Assembly: GCA_000002445.1 (NCBI GenBank)
Contig: CH464491.1
Location: 4,064,001-4,128,000 of the forward strand
Direction of reading: 5' to 3'
DNA from: Trypanosoma brucei
Lineage: Eukaryota
Length of the DNA stretch: 64,000 bases
Numbering within the stretch: position 1 is the first letter of the stretch; each line of letters starts with the position of its first letter. This document shows, in pieces, positions 54,634-64,000 of the stretch. The notes under the pieces were generated by a model. It was not told the origin of the DNA. It worked only from the letters and a program-made list of their open reading frames with translations, and did no database searches. Both the position numbers and the translations under genes were made by a program.

Positions 54634-54930
54634 CTACAGACCTAACTCCTTTAGGCACGATTGCAAAAGAGCCAACTTCGACTGGCAAAAATCCACATTA
54701 TTGCCATTTCTGTCAAGACATTCGTGCACCTGCCGACTGAAAGCCTTGCACGGGTGACCGCGTTCGGGTGGTTTGTATGGTTCCGGCTCGTTTGCACCGA
54801 AGAAAGGTGTCAACCATGAGGGCCGCAACTCCTTAAAGGTTGTTGGACGCCTCTCTTCACTGCCCTCAGTCTGTGGCTTCAACCCCTCATTCACCGTAGT
54901 CGATACCGATTCAACTCCACTTGTTGTCAT
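54634..54930 (-). CDS. Twin Cx9C CHCH-domain protein, COX19-like (mitochondrial IMS cytochrome oxidase assembly factor)
   Basis: The ORF-track N-terminus (to 55110) translates the upstream polypyrimidine tract. The internal ATG is at 54930 (MTTSGVESV…), giving 98 aa. C-terminus PPERGHPCKAFSRQVHECLDRNGNNVDFCQSKLALLQSC is two Cx9C pairs separated by 10 aa. Compare human COX19 PPDKGSF…[33 protein letters not shown]. Confidence 0.5.
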   Translation of the reverse strand: MTTSGVESVSTTVNEGLKPQTEGSEERRPTTFKELRPSWLTPFFGANEPEPYKPPERGHPCKAFSRQVHECLDRNGNNVDFCQSKLALLQSCLKELGL

Positions 54931-54984
54931 GGATCCCTTTCCTTTATATTCCCCTATGGCCTCCGCGCGGACTTCTGCTTTTAT

Positions 54985-55105
54985 ATGGAATCTCTCTCCT
55001 CCCTTTCTGCGCCCCAAAGAGGGAAAATGAGTAAACCTGCTTGTACGCTGAAAGAAAGAAAGAAAAAAAAATCTGGCCGTAATAAGAAACGGAAGCGCAG
55101 AAAGT
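54985..55105 (-). promoter_or_regulatory. Long polypyrimidine tract on the coding strand upstream of the COX19-like CDS (putative trans-splice acceptor region)
   Basis: Plus strand gaaagaaagaaagaaaaaaaaatctggccgtaataagaaacggaagcgcagaaagtggcaagagataaagaaaaaa is purine-rich, which gives CU-rich on the minus strand. Confidence 0.35.
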
Positions 55106-55851
55106 GGCAAGAGATAAAGAAAAAATTAGTGCCAACTAACAAAAACGTAACCCAGTACTGTAAAATATGTGAAATCATTTGCTGGTAAACAAAACGAGGG
55201 TTATATAGCAATTCCAGACGAAGCAAGAAGGAACTGGTACACACCTTCTTCGAAAATTTAGGTAAGTAAACCCTGCGGGATGAGAGGCAGGTGTAATCTG
55301 GAGCGAGACCAACAAATGACGAAGAGATGACCAATCCAAAAAAAAATTATAACGTCTCGGTAAAGTTGCGCAACTGTACAACCAAGGCACCTCTCCATCA
55401 CGCAAGCAACGGGTAAATGACGGGAGGAACAGCACAAACTGAGGGAAAGGTGGGGCACTTTAGGTTTGTTACTCCCATCTTTTGGCAAATGCGCACATGA
55501 ACAAACCCGTGTCGTCCCGAACTAACACCTAAAGCAACATTAATCAGTCACATGCATTTGCAAAGCGGCGAATGTTGTAGCTCGGTTTAGCACAACGGTA
55601 CAAAATTCTAATGGCCGCCTAATTATGGAATAATCCAAGAACGCTCCAGACAGCGTCACTTATTGAATTGTCCACTAATTAGTGGATGTATATGATTGAG
55701 AAAAGGAAGGATGTTCTGAGTAATCACCGCTCGCCTTTGAAGGTTTCAAACCGCTGTTGATCTTAGTTCGCCTGACTTCACTTATCTGGCCTCTACGATA
55801 GCTGCCGTCATCTGTGGTCGTAGCCGACGCATGACCCCCGCGATACTCATC

Positions 55852-57048
55852 TCATTGTGTTACACTTGAGGCTGCGGTGCTGGAGGGTTCAGTTCCGGGG
55901 TATAATTGACTCTCAGAAAGGGTGGAGGTGGAGGTACTGCTGCTACTAGTAGTAACGGTTTGAGAAGGGCTCTCCCGGCTACCGTGTGTATCATTCCCGT
56001 CCCCAGTGCTGGGGTTGCACGGGAGTGCGCTGCCAACACCAGGGCGCACAACAAACTGCAGCCACTCCTTCGTGGACGGTTCAGCCAAGGGGAGGCCCAA
56101 ATCACCCAACGTCACCAACGTAGGTGTAGAGAGCATTGGAAGAAATCGATTATTGTCCGCCAACGCTCGAAGTTCGTCAAGCAGCCTTGACTGCAGAAGA
56201 TGCTCTCCCTTGATGATGGCTTCGCCCAGCACCAAGTAGACTTGGTTTCCGCTGGCACGGTCATTACACGTACGATGTCTCTGCTGAACGGCAGACGGAC
56301 GCCAACACTCACCAACTGCTACCAAAGCGTTAGAACAACCACGAGGGTCACCGGTAAGGCATCCGTAACGATGGTCTCCTGACGGAATCTGAAAGCCCCT
56401 CCCCACGATATGATCACACAGGTCAGACGTCGTCACCTGATGGGCGCCAAGTGGGTGGTCACTCAGTCGCAGTTTGAGTGCTTTGCCCAAGGAACTAGCG
56501 TCCAGTAATTCACAATCTTCTAATATGCGGTAGATGTAGTTTTCATCTGAAACGTTAAAGGCGAACGGGCGTGTGAGTTGTTCTCGCCAGTGGAATATTC
56601 CTTCAACAAGTTGCCCCGTTAGAAACTGGTGTGCTGTAAGGGCACCCCGGAAAAAATGGAAAAAGTGGCGTTCGTTATCATCGATCGGAGCTACCTCATG
56701 AGCTATTACCCGCAACAAACGGGGACGAATAACACTTTCCTCGAACTTTTCACAGCAAGTTAACAACCACTCGACGAGTTGATCACGACGTTCGCAAAGT
56801 TCTAGCACTTCCACGGTACGGCAACGGTGTTTCTCTAAATAGTCACACAGCGTGGTGAGCGCGTCTTCCAGTCTGCGGTCCTTCGGATGCCTCAGCAGCG
56901 GCTCGACGAAGCAAGAATCATAAAAGGACAGATCAATAACGGGGAGTTGAAGCCTACCAACGAGTTCCCTGTACCGCCCAACCAGTTTCGCCACTTTTAC
57001 CTTCTGGGCCTCCTTGAAACAACGTTCTTTAACTGCCTTGCCCTTCAT
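55852..57048 (-). CDS. Hypothetical protein with Ser/Thr-rich C-terminus
   Basis: The ORF track starts at a GTG (57081); the ATG is at 57048 (MKGKAVKERCF…), giving 398 aa. No recognisable domain. Confidence 0.45.
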   Translation of the reverse strand: MKGKAVKERCFKEAQKVKVAKLVGRYRELVGRLQLPVIDLSFYDSCFVEPLLRHPKDRRLEDALTTLCDYLEKHRCRTVEVLELCERRDQLVEWLLTCCEKFEESVIRPRLLRVIAHEVAPIDDNERHFFHFFRGALTAHQFLTGQLVEGIFHWREQLTRPFAFNVSDENYIYRILEDCELLDASSLGKALKLRLSDHPLGAHQVTTSDLCDHIVGRGFQIPSGDHRYGCLTGDPRGCSNALVAVGECWRPSAVQQRHRTCNDRASGNQVYLVLGEAIIKGEHLLQSRLLDELRALADNNRFLPMLSTPTLVTLGDLGLPLAEPSTKEWLQFVVRPGVGSALPCNPSTGDGNDTHGSRESPSQTVTTSSSSTSTSTLSESQLYPGTEPSSTAASSVTQ

Positions 57049-58468
57049 TTTTTTTTCTACACTCGAGGGCAAAGGATTCACGTTATTCCCGCAATGTAAC
57101 TATGTACGACAATCTACCGCTGTAGAGCAAAGCAGCAGTTCGGGACCCTCTATTATGCCTTTTCCCACGCCCCGTCGCACCCGCTGGTCCCCTTCCTTAA
57201 CTTGCGCACAACTTCTTTTGACACCCCTCTCCCGAGTCCCTCAAGATCGGTGGCGCACTCCTTTTGGCGCAGGGGATCCCTCCCACAGTCCTGCTGCACA
57301 CCCTTCCGGTATTCAACAAAACAGGAAAATAAGTGAATAACCATGACAACATATAAATAAAATATGGGTACAGAAGTAAAAGCAACAATGACTCAGTGAA
57401 CAAAGAGGAGACGATGTAAAATCGGGTATTCACCATATAGAGACATGAGAGGTTGGATTCTTTAAGATGGGACACACGTATCTTCGCAACACCCTTCGCC
57501 TCTAGACGAGTTATCACTACTGTGAGCGCACTGAATCCTTTTCCCTTCCTCTTTACCGTCCTCACCTCCTTCCTCCCTTTCACTCTCATAATTCTTTCTT
57601 TTTTTTTATTGTCTTTCACTTTTTCCTTTCTCCTCTATCTATTTAATATCTTTCGCCACCGGTAAATTAATGTGGGGGACAGTCTTATGCGGTCTTTCCC
57701 GAAAGAATGTGTTCGTAATTCATAAGCCAAAATAGAAATATGTGCGGAAAGAAGTAAAAACAATAAAACTAAAAAGACACAAAAACGATGAGGCGAATAT
57801 TGTAGCACGAAATGCACATTTTTCGCCAAGGAGCCTTTCACGTGGGAGGCAGTTGTGCGAATGCGTGTGCACTGCATGTACTCGGCACAAAACGGAGTAA
57901 AATGGAGAGGTCACCGCCTCCCCACATCCGTTACGCAAAAAAGGAAACCAAAAAAAAAAAAGCAAACAAAACAATTATTTTCTTGTTTTCTTCACTGCGT
58001 CGAATCTAAACCCACCTCGCTTCCCAACTCTATCATCTATATTGTATCCTTCCCCCTTCCCCCACCTTCAAAACAGTTTCTTTAGTAGACTAATCCCTTC
58101 CATCCCCCAAACCAAAAATAGCGAAAAATTAAAAAAGGGGGATCTAAACCCTCCATTCCCCTTAGGCGGACAAAATAATTCATAAAACAAAAGCGGGTAT
58201 TACGGCATTGCGTGAAAGCAACCGGTAAACCAAAAAAAAAGTAAGGAAAATGTGAAATATTTAAACATCAACAACAAAGAGGTGGCAAATCACTTTAAAA
58301 TTACGATATGTTAAAGGAACGGGGGGAAGGGGCAAATGTTTCTAAAACGCCGCTGGTGGTCTCTACTGCTCTAGTATTTTGAAAATTGAGGGAGAGAGTG
58401 TGTGAAATATATATATATATATATAACTTAGTAACTTCCTTTGCACGCCCGGCGACACAAGCACTGTG

Positions 58469-60850
58469 CTACGATTTGGAAGAAACTGTCGTCCTACGAC
58501 CTGAATTTGCACCGCTCTTGCAGGCTTCCGCGTGTTCAGGAAGATCGTGCACGCGCATGTGTGTGCCACATCCTGGACAGGGAATGATTGACACCTTCAC
58601 ACATTCATAACAAGCGCGGGTAAAGGCGTCAAGTTCTTCTCTTGTAGCTTCAGACACGGCCTCTGGAATGCACCGAGTCGGTATTCCCATATTGAGGCGC
58701 AGCGTACTGAGACCATACCGCCTATACAGAGCCGTTGTTTTGGTGCGGCAAAAATCTAAATGCAGGGAATACGTTTTTAGGGGTTGCATTTCACCACAAT
58801 AGTAACAGGGAACCACTTCACGAGACCTCCTGAGCATCCCTTGAAGAACTGCTGCTGCCGAAGCGATGCAGGAGCCCCTGTTGGTTTGTGTACCGAAAAC
58901 AGTGGAGCGACGGGTAGGGGACACGCGCACTGAAGGTTCGGTGGAGGAGGAAACTCCTTTTTGTGACTCTCGAAGTAGGAGTAGCAGCTCCTCTTCCATC
59001 GTGGAACCTGCAGGCGCGCGCGCAGGTAGAACACTGGATAGATTTGTAGATACAGTTCTCGTATCAAATTTACTAGCATGGAAGGCATCTTCGGGATCAA
59101 CCCTCGGCGCCTCCGATCCCATTTTACCGTCACGAGATTTGGCCTGGGGCGCCGGTTCGTGTACCGTTGTTGGCAACCGGGGTGCCCACTCGCTTTGGCG
59201 ACTGCTGCTCTCATTACTGATGCTATGACAAGCACCATCAACGGCATCGGCAGCAACGGCCTGGGAACGAGGTCCTTCACGAGAGGGAGTCGAGACTTTG
59301 ATGGTGTGTGCGGTTGCCGAAGTAAGCAATGACGGGTCCTCCACCTCACGAATGGCTTGTTGGCGTTGCTTGATATTTTGCTGAGACCTCGGTTGCAGTT
59401 CACTCTGTTCTTTCCCTCCGTGTGTGGAACGCTTCGTGGAACTCTTTGTCTCGCTGCTCATGGTACCGCTACGTTTCGTACTGCTCTTCGCAACCGATGT
59501 GGGGGTGGGCGCACGTTTGTGCGTTGACGATGACACGGACGCCTTCGCTGCTGGCTTCTCCACATTATTTTCTTCACGCACAGCAACCTTACTGTTATGC
59601 GCAGTGCTCTGCTTGCTTGTGGAGATGACACTGTCTGGTGTGTCCCCCGGATGTTTTTCACTCCGTGAATTTGCGCGAGCCGATGGATTGGTTACTGGCG
59701 AAAGTGTTGCCGTTGTAGGTGAGACAAGTGGGTATACGAGGCTTTGTCGTACTCTAGTGCTCCCGCTGTTTTCTCCCTCACGTCGACGCGAAGACTCTAA
59801 AGGGTGCTGCTCGGATGGTTTTTTCATGGCCACTACACTCATTGGAAGCATGCTAATGCCGCCATGGGATGCACGCCACGAGGAGGGGCTGCTGCTTCGG
59901 AGGGAGGACATTACGGCGGCACCAGAGGCAAGTTGAGCTGAGGCACGTGACGTGGCAGTTGTTCGTGGAGATACACTCCGATTATCGCTCTCCGCACTCA
60001 TGGTCCTTCTGGGAACAGCGCTTTGTGATTGCCGATTGTGCTCTTCTTCACCCCTTAACTCGGGCTCCTGCCCTTCTTCTTGCTGCAGTCGAAGTTGCAG
60101 ATCCATCTCCTCTTTTAAATGAAGCTCCCGTTTCACTTCCTCTGTCAGTCGAAGCATGCGCTCCTCCTCTTGTTCCACTTGGACCTTCAGCTCTACTTCA
60201 TCTTTTGGCCTGTTCCTCCGCTTATCTTCCTCCCTCTGCCTGCGCTTCCATTCTTCCTCTTCCTCCTTTTGTTTACGCTTGCGCTCTTCCTCTTCCCTCT
60301 GCTTGCGCTTGCGGTCCTCTTCCTCTTCCCTCTGCTTGCGCTTGCGGTCCTCTTCCTCTTCTTCCCTTTGTTTACGCTTGCGCTCTTCCTCTTCCCTCTG
60401 CTTGCGCTTGCGGTCCTCTTCCTCTTCCTTCGCCCTGAGTTCCCTGTCTTCCTCCACCTCCTCCTTTTGTTTAAGAATCACTTCTCCCTCTTCCCTCAAT
60501 GGAGGCTCCTGTTCTCCGTTGATACAGGAACACCGCTCTTCCTCTAGACTGAAGAGCCGATCCCACTCATCTTCCCTCAGCCAGTCACTCCGTTCTTCGT
60601 CACACACGGTGGGTTCACCCTGCCCGTTTTGTGACCTCCTGTTCATTACCAGCTGCCTATACTGCGCTATTACCTCTGCGCGTCTTGTGTGGCTGTCCAT
60701 AAGGCGTTGGTAGTCGATCCTTATACTGCTGCAGCTGCTTCCCCTGTCAACACTATCATTCCATCGTGTAGATGGGGAAATTGACGGTCTCAACGCTGAG
60801 CTTTCACTTTGGTTCCTCTCACTGACTGACTTCCGAGTTGGCTTTGACAT
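58469..60850 (-). CDS. Protein with tandem charged (E4-5/D-RKRKQR) repeats and two C-terminal C2HC-type zinc fingers (ZC2HC1-like)
   Basis: The ORF track starts at a TTG (60883); the ATG is at 60850 (MSKPTRKSV…), giving 793 aa. Five or more copies of EEEEDRKRKQREEEE. A long Ser/Thr-rich linker follows. C-terminal fingers CYYCGEMQPLKTYSLHLDFC and CPGCGTHMRVHDLPEHAEAC both have Cx2C-x11-H-x3-C spacing. Confidence 0.6.
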   Translation of the reverse strand: MSKPTRKSVSERNQSESSALRPSISPSTRWNDSVDRGSSCSSIRIDYQRLMDSHTRRAEVIAQYRQLVMNRRSQNGQGEPTVCDEERSDWLREDEWDRLFSLEEERCSCINGEQEPPLREEGEVILKQKEEVEEDRELRAKEEEEDRKRKQREEEERKRKQREEEEEDRKRKQREEEEDRKRKQREEEERKRKQKEEEEEWKRRQREEDKRRNRPKDEVELKVQVEQEEERMLRLTEEVKRELHLKEEMDLQLRLQQEEGQEPELRGEEEHNRQSQSAVPRRTMSAESDNRSVSPRTTATSRASAQLASGAAVMSSLRSSSPSSWRASHGGISMLPMSVVAMKKPSEQHPLESSRRREGENSGSTRVRQSLVYPLVSPTTATLSPVTNPSARANSRSEKHPGDTPDSVISTSKQSTAHNSKVAVREENNVEKPAAKASVSSSTHKRAPTPTSVAKSSTKRSGTMSSETKSSTKRSTHGGKEQSELQPRSQQNIKQRQQAIREVEDPSLLTSATAHTIKVSTPSREGPRSQAVAADAVDGACHSISNESSSRQSEWAPRLPTTVHEPAPQAKSRDGKMGSEAPRVDPEDAFHASKFDTRTVSTNLSSVLPARAPAGSTMEEELLLLLRESQKGVSSSTEPSVRVSPTRRSTVFGTQTNRGSCIASAAAVLQGMLRRSREVVPCYYCGEMQPLKTYSLHLDFCRTKTTALYRRYGLSTLRLNMGIPTRCIPEAVSEATREELDAFTRACYECVKVSIIPCPGCGTHMRVHDLPEHAEACKSGANSGRRTTVSSKS
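60236..60432. repeat. In-frame tandem DNA repeats (~39-42 bp, about 5 copies) encoding the charged EEEDRKRKQREEEE repeats
   Basis: Reiterated ctgcttgcgcttgcggtcctcttcctcttccct units alternate with tttgtttacgcttgcgctcttcctcttccct variants. Confidence 0.8.
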
Positions 60851-61492
60851 TGTTGGGTGCCGGAAGCTCCTTTCTCGCGTCAACTTAGAAATCCCTCCCT
60901 ACCAATATATGAGCAATGACACGGATGGGGAAATAAAGAGTGTTGATTTGTTTGCATGACAACCCAAAGGTAGAAGGGGAGAGGCTTGATGAAATGAAAA
61001 CCAACTGGAAAAGAAGGGAAGTGTCGCAATTCTCAAAGCATGAGCGCCTGTGTCACAGGCAGGATCTCTAACCCATAAAAACCAATCACGCCCCTGACCT
61101 CACCTGTCTGGCCATCTCACAGCCGTGAACAAAGATGCCTCCACTAGCCGCCTCTGACGGCAGCTGAAATTATATCCGATATCTCCTCCGCTCTCATTCC
61201 CTACTGCGACACGGGTACGAAATCCAATATCTTTTCCTTCCACAAGAATAGCCGAAAATAATGACGACGAAGTTGGTGTGAGGATGCAGATAAGGAAGTA
61301 CGTACTTGTGTGCGCGAAGAGTGGGTGGGAATAGAAGGAAAAAATGTAAAAATAATATGATAGATGCTACTATACTATGCTTCCCTTTAAATCTACACGA
61401 TACTGGCTGCACAACAAGCAATTTCAAATCCCTAATACTGCACCAATATATAAACTAGCTCGGTATCATCTCCACTATTACAATCGACACCA

Positions 61493-62407
61493 CTATCTCC
61501 TGGCAATATTACTACCTGCAGCGGCAAAGTCTACATCATAGAGATGAAAGCCCTCGTCTTGCTGTACCTTCCCCATAATTCGGTCCCAATCCCAGCCTAA
61601 CATCGACGTGTGACTCCGCGAGTTCCTTTCTGCAGCGTACAACGCACCCTTAAGGTCATCGCTGAAGGCGGAACACCACTCCTTGAAGTGCACGTCCTCG
61701 TCCCTATCAAAAAACGCTAGAAAGTTTAGGATGGCCCATAAAAACACCATCCCGAACACTACAGTTGTAAAAAAGCGAAGGTGAGGTGCTACATCCATAT
61801 CACCGAAGCGATCTGACGCCTCCCCCGCACTACCGTACATCGGGTGGTGACCTGTCCACCGGTGAAGCTTCGCATCGTCATACCACAGCACCTCGGGATG
61901 GGTCCAGTGGTCGTACACCTGCGCACCATCGGGGTGAAACATTGGGTTGGCGAGGGTGGCAGTTGACCATGGTGAGGCGTTGTTGCGCCGCAAGTAGTAA
62001 AAGCACGCGTTCTCTCGTAGGTATTTCTGTGTCTGACGCACCATCATGTCACACGTCGCAGGGTCAGTGACGTACCGATACATCTCAAAGCGACGACGAA
62101 CGACTTTGTAGGCGAGATTGAATTTATGGGCGTTGAGCTGGACGAGCCACATTTGCAGTTCTTTAAGGGCCCAACGGTAAAGTCGACACACACGCTGCTT
62201 ATGTGTGAGCCGCGGGTCATCAATGATGGGGTCCAGGTGACGCACACAACCGGTAAAATCGTAGATATACGCATCGGATTTACGCTCATATTTTGGGTTG
62301 TCAAGAATACGCCACCCTTCATAATTCTGCAGCAGTGGTTCGTGCAAGTGCCACTCGTGGTACTCCACCATACCAGCACTTAGCAACGGAAAGCAACGGC
62401 GCATCAT
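61493..62407 (-). CDS. NDUFB9: LYR-motif protein homologous to complex I accessory subunit NDUFB9 (B22), with N- and C-terminal extensions including a C-terminal TM helix
   Basis: 304 aa, ATG start. LTHKQRVCRLYRWALKELQMWLVQLNAHKF aligns with human NDUFB9 [30 protein letters not shown]. The downstream PMFHPDGAQVYDHWTHPEVLWYDD resembles [24 protein letters not shown]. TM helix FFTTVVFGMVFLWAILNFLAFF. Confidence 0.65.
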   Translation of the reverse strand: MMRRCFPLLSAGMVEYHEWHLHEPLLQNYEGWRILDNPKYERKSDAYIYDFTGCVRHLDPIIDDPRLTHKQRVCRLYRWALKELQMWLVQLNAHKFNLAYKVVRRRFEMYRYVTDPATCDMMVRQTQKYLRENACFYYLRRNNASPWSTATLANPMFHPDGAQVYDHWTHPEVLWYDDAKLHRWTGHHPMYGSAGEASDRFGDMDVAPHLRFFTTVVFGMVFLWAILNFLAFFDRDEDVHFKEWCSAFSDDLKGALYAAERNSRSHTSMLGWDWDRIMGKVQQDEGFHLYDVDFAAAGSNIARR

Positions 62408-63390
62408 GATGACAAAGAGGCTAACAGACCAATGTTACTTCCACCAATCCCCACACTGATCTTTTCCGCCCTTTACCCCGCCTTACCTCTCTCCGTTCGA
62501 ACCGAATATGAGTTACACTTCCCTATTTCTTTGGATTTTACCCGTGCGATATCACCAACAACTACCGAGTATTGAGGCTACCTTGCAGAAAAAGGCAACA
62601 GAAAAAGGGGGGAAATTGCGGACGGAAGGAAGGAGTATCAAACCACGTTTCAACTCCACTTATGCACGGTGTGCTCACGAGCGGCGCTTACGGAGAATGC
62701 TGTGCATTTCTACCCACATCCACGCTTTTCATTCCCCTACTTAATTTGTAATCACCGCTAATGATGCTTCCGCTCCCCCAACAACTCAGTACGCACACAT
62801 CCATTTGCATTCCCTCCGCGTCCTACTTTGCGAAAAAGGCATATATCATGTGGTAGCCTCACATTAAAAAAAAAAACACTTGATCCACCACTGTATAAAC
62901 AACATTTCCCCCCTCCTTTCTTAAAACACTTGCAGACAGAAGGAGGTGGTAACAGATACCTACATGTTGACCACCTACACAAGACTGTGTCCACGCAATC
63001 CACACAGGTAAAGAAAATGATGTAGATGGCCTCATGCACAAACACACAATGATGAAGGGCAATGGGCAATGGTGGCGGCAATAGCAAAAAAGGGGGCATT
63101 TCGAGCGATCGTTTACTAAGAAACTCTTTACCAACTTGATAAGTGCCGATACAACCACTGATATTATAGCACACGTGCTACTCTCACACAGTATGGTGCT
63201 TACTAAATGCATCCGTCGCCCACGGTGGTGAGCGCACACATGGACGCAGGCAGAGAGCCGAGTGGTAACTATGTGTGATACCCACAAATTGGCAATGGCA
63301 CCGGGAAATACGATACCAACGGTGGAACGAACGATAAACAATCTTTACTAGTTTTGGCGTGCCCATTCCTTCTCCCTTCGTCTCGCTCCT

Positions 63391-64000
63391 TTACCAGAAC
63401 TTCATCTCGTAGTAGTCTTGCCCAGTCGCCCGCTTCCAGTGCCGTTCCGCCCAGTGCCAGTCTACCACATCGAAATACTTGGAGAGGAACTGAGCCCTAT
63501 CGTTCTCATAGTCCACGTAGTATGCATGCTCCCATACATCGACACACAACAACGGCACGTGATCAGCGTTCGTGAGCGGACACCCAGCGTTGCTATACGC
63601 GATAACATCAAAACAACACCCTCGTTTGTCATATACCCAATACACCCAACCACTTCCAAACAGCCCAAGCCCCGCGTCAGTAAACGTTTTTTGAAATGCC
63701 TCCACCGAACTGTACTGTTGCTCCACAGCAGCCTTAAGGTCCGGTGGGATGTTGCTTCCATACGGCTGTATGCATTTCCAGTAAAAACAGTGGTTATAGT
63801 GCTGCGCAGCACTATTGTACACTCCGGCAAGAGATTCATCCCCATGGCTGCGTACGATAATCTCATCGAGGTTCAGTCCATACAATGGTGTACCTTCAAT
63901 CAGCTGGTTAAGCTTCTCCACGTAGCTACGGTGGTGACGACCGTAGTGCAGACGTATCTGGTAAGAAGAAAGTAGCGGAAGACATCCTTTGTACCACGGA
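63391..64000 (-). CDS. Iron superoxide dismutase (B-type Fe-SOD), 5' end beyond the window edge
   Basis: The ORF-track start is a GTG. The frame stays open to the window end, and the upstream translation is …LPLLSSYQIRLHYGRHHRSYVEKLNQLIEG (the Fe/Mn-SOD HHxKHH…YV motif). C-terminal DVWEHAYYVDYENDRAQFLSKYFDVVDWHWAERHW is the Fe/Mn-SOD signature (DVWEHAYY). T. brucei chr11 carries SODB1 and SODB2 near this neighbourhood. Which paralog this is cannot be decided here. Confidence 0.85.
   Translation of the reverse strand, partial: PWYKGCLPLLSSYQIRLHYGRHHRSYVEKLNQLIEGTPLYGLNLDEIIVRSHGDESLAGVYNSAAQHYNHCFYWKCIQPYGSNIPPDLKAAVEQQYSSVEAFQKTFTDAGLGLFGSGWVYWVYDKRGCCFDVIAYSNAGCPLTNADHVPLLCVDVWEHAYYVDYENDRAQFLSKYFDVVDWHWAERHWKRATGQDYYEMKFW

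Noticed and set aside
62490-62512. tRNA-like T-arm motif (ccgttcgaaccg)
   Set aside because: The flanking sequence does not form acceptor, D or anticodon stems, and there is no CCA-adjacent acceptor pairing. It lies in a UTR-like region and is probably a chance GTTCGAA match.
1-64000. Prokaryotic defence/CRISPR/operon-type novel system
   Set aside because: The sequence is eukaryotic (kinetoplastid): unidirectional polycistron, polypyrimidine tracts, eukaryote-specific genes (nucleoporin, PRP6, HDAC, NDUFB9). There are no direct-repeat/spacer arrays and no prokaryotic signature genes.

Overview
The window reads as a trypanosomatid nuclear chromosome segment, most like Trypanosoma brucei chromosome 11. 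It is not a prokaryotic locus. The reasons are: 27 intron-less protein-coding genes, all on the minus strand, which fits one polycistronic transcription unit read from high to low coordinate; purine-rich tracts on the plus strand (polypyrimidine on the coding strand) just upstream of most CDSs; (TA)n, (GT)n and poly-G microsatellites in the intergenic regions; and gene content typical of kinetoplastids. That content includes a 333-aa minimal terminal uridylyltransferase (TUTase), a mitochondrial Nudix hydrolase, an FG-repeat nucleoporin and a B-type Fe-SOD.

Recognisable products, in order along the window:
- sterol reductase of the ERG4/ERG24 family
- NADH-cytochrome b5 reductase
- Nup62/Nsp1-like FG nucleoporin
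- PPR-like protein
- HAD hydrolase
- class I HDAC-like protein
- NSUN m5C RNA methyltransferase
- mitochondrial Nudix hydrolase (MERS1-like)
- TUTase (TUT4-like)
- ubiquitin-like-domain protein
- PRP6 splicing factor
- tandem-duplicated AMP-deaminase-like giant protein
- WD40 protein
- COX19-like CHCH protein
- C2HC zinc-finger protein with charged tandem repeats
- NDUFB9-like LYR protein
- Fe-SOD, truncated by the window edge

Several ORF-track start coordinates use non-ATG codons (GTG, TTG); I re-called those to the first in-frame ATG. There are no rRNA or CRISPR features and no clear tRNA.

The points most worth a second look are:
- the AMP-deaminase homolog, whose two tandem deaminase domains have both lost the zinc-binding histidines and aspartates;
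- the HDAC homolog, which has three catalytic-site substitutions;
- a 3.1-kb ORF-free low-complexity island inside the otherwise dense same-strand array, carrying several candidate splice-acceptor tracts;
- a perfect 20-bp inverted repeat in an intergenic region;
- the sterol reductase, which carries a basic S/T-P-rich N-terminal tail reminiscent of lamin B receptor.
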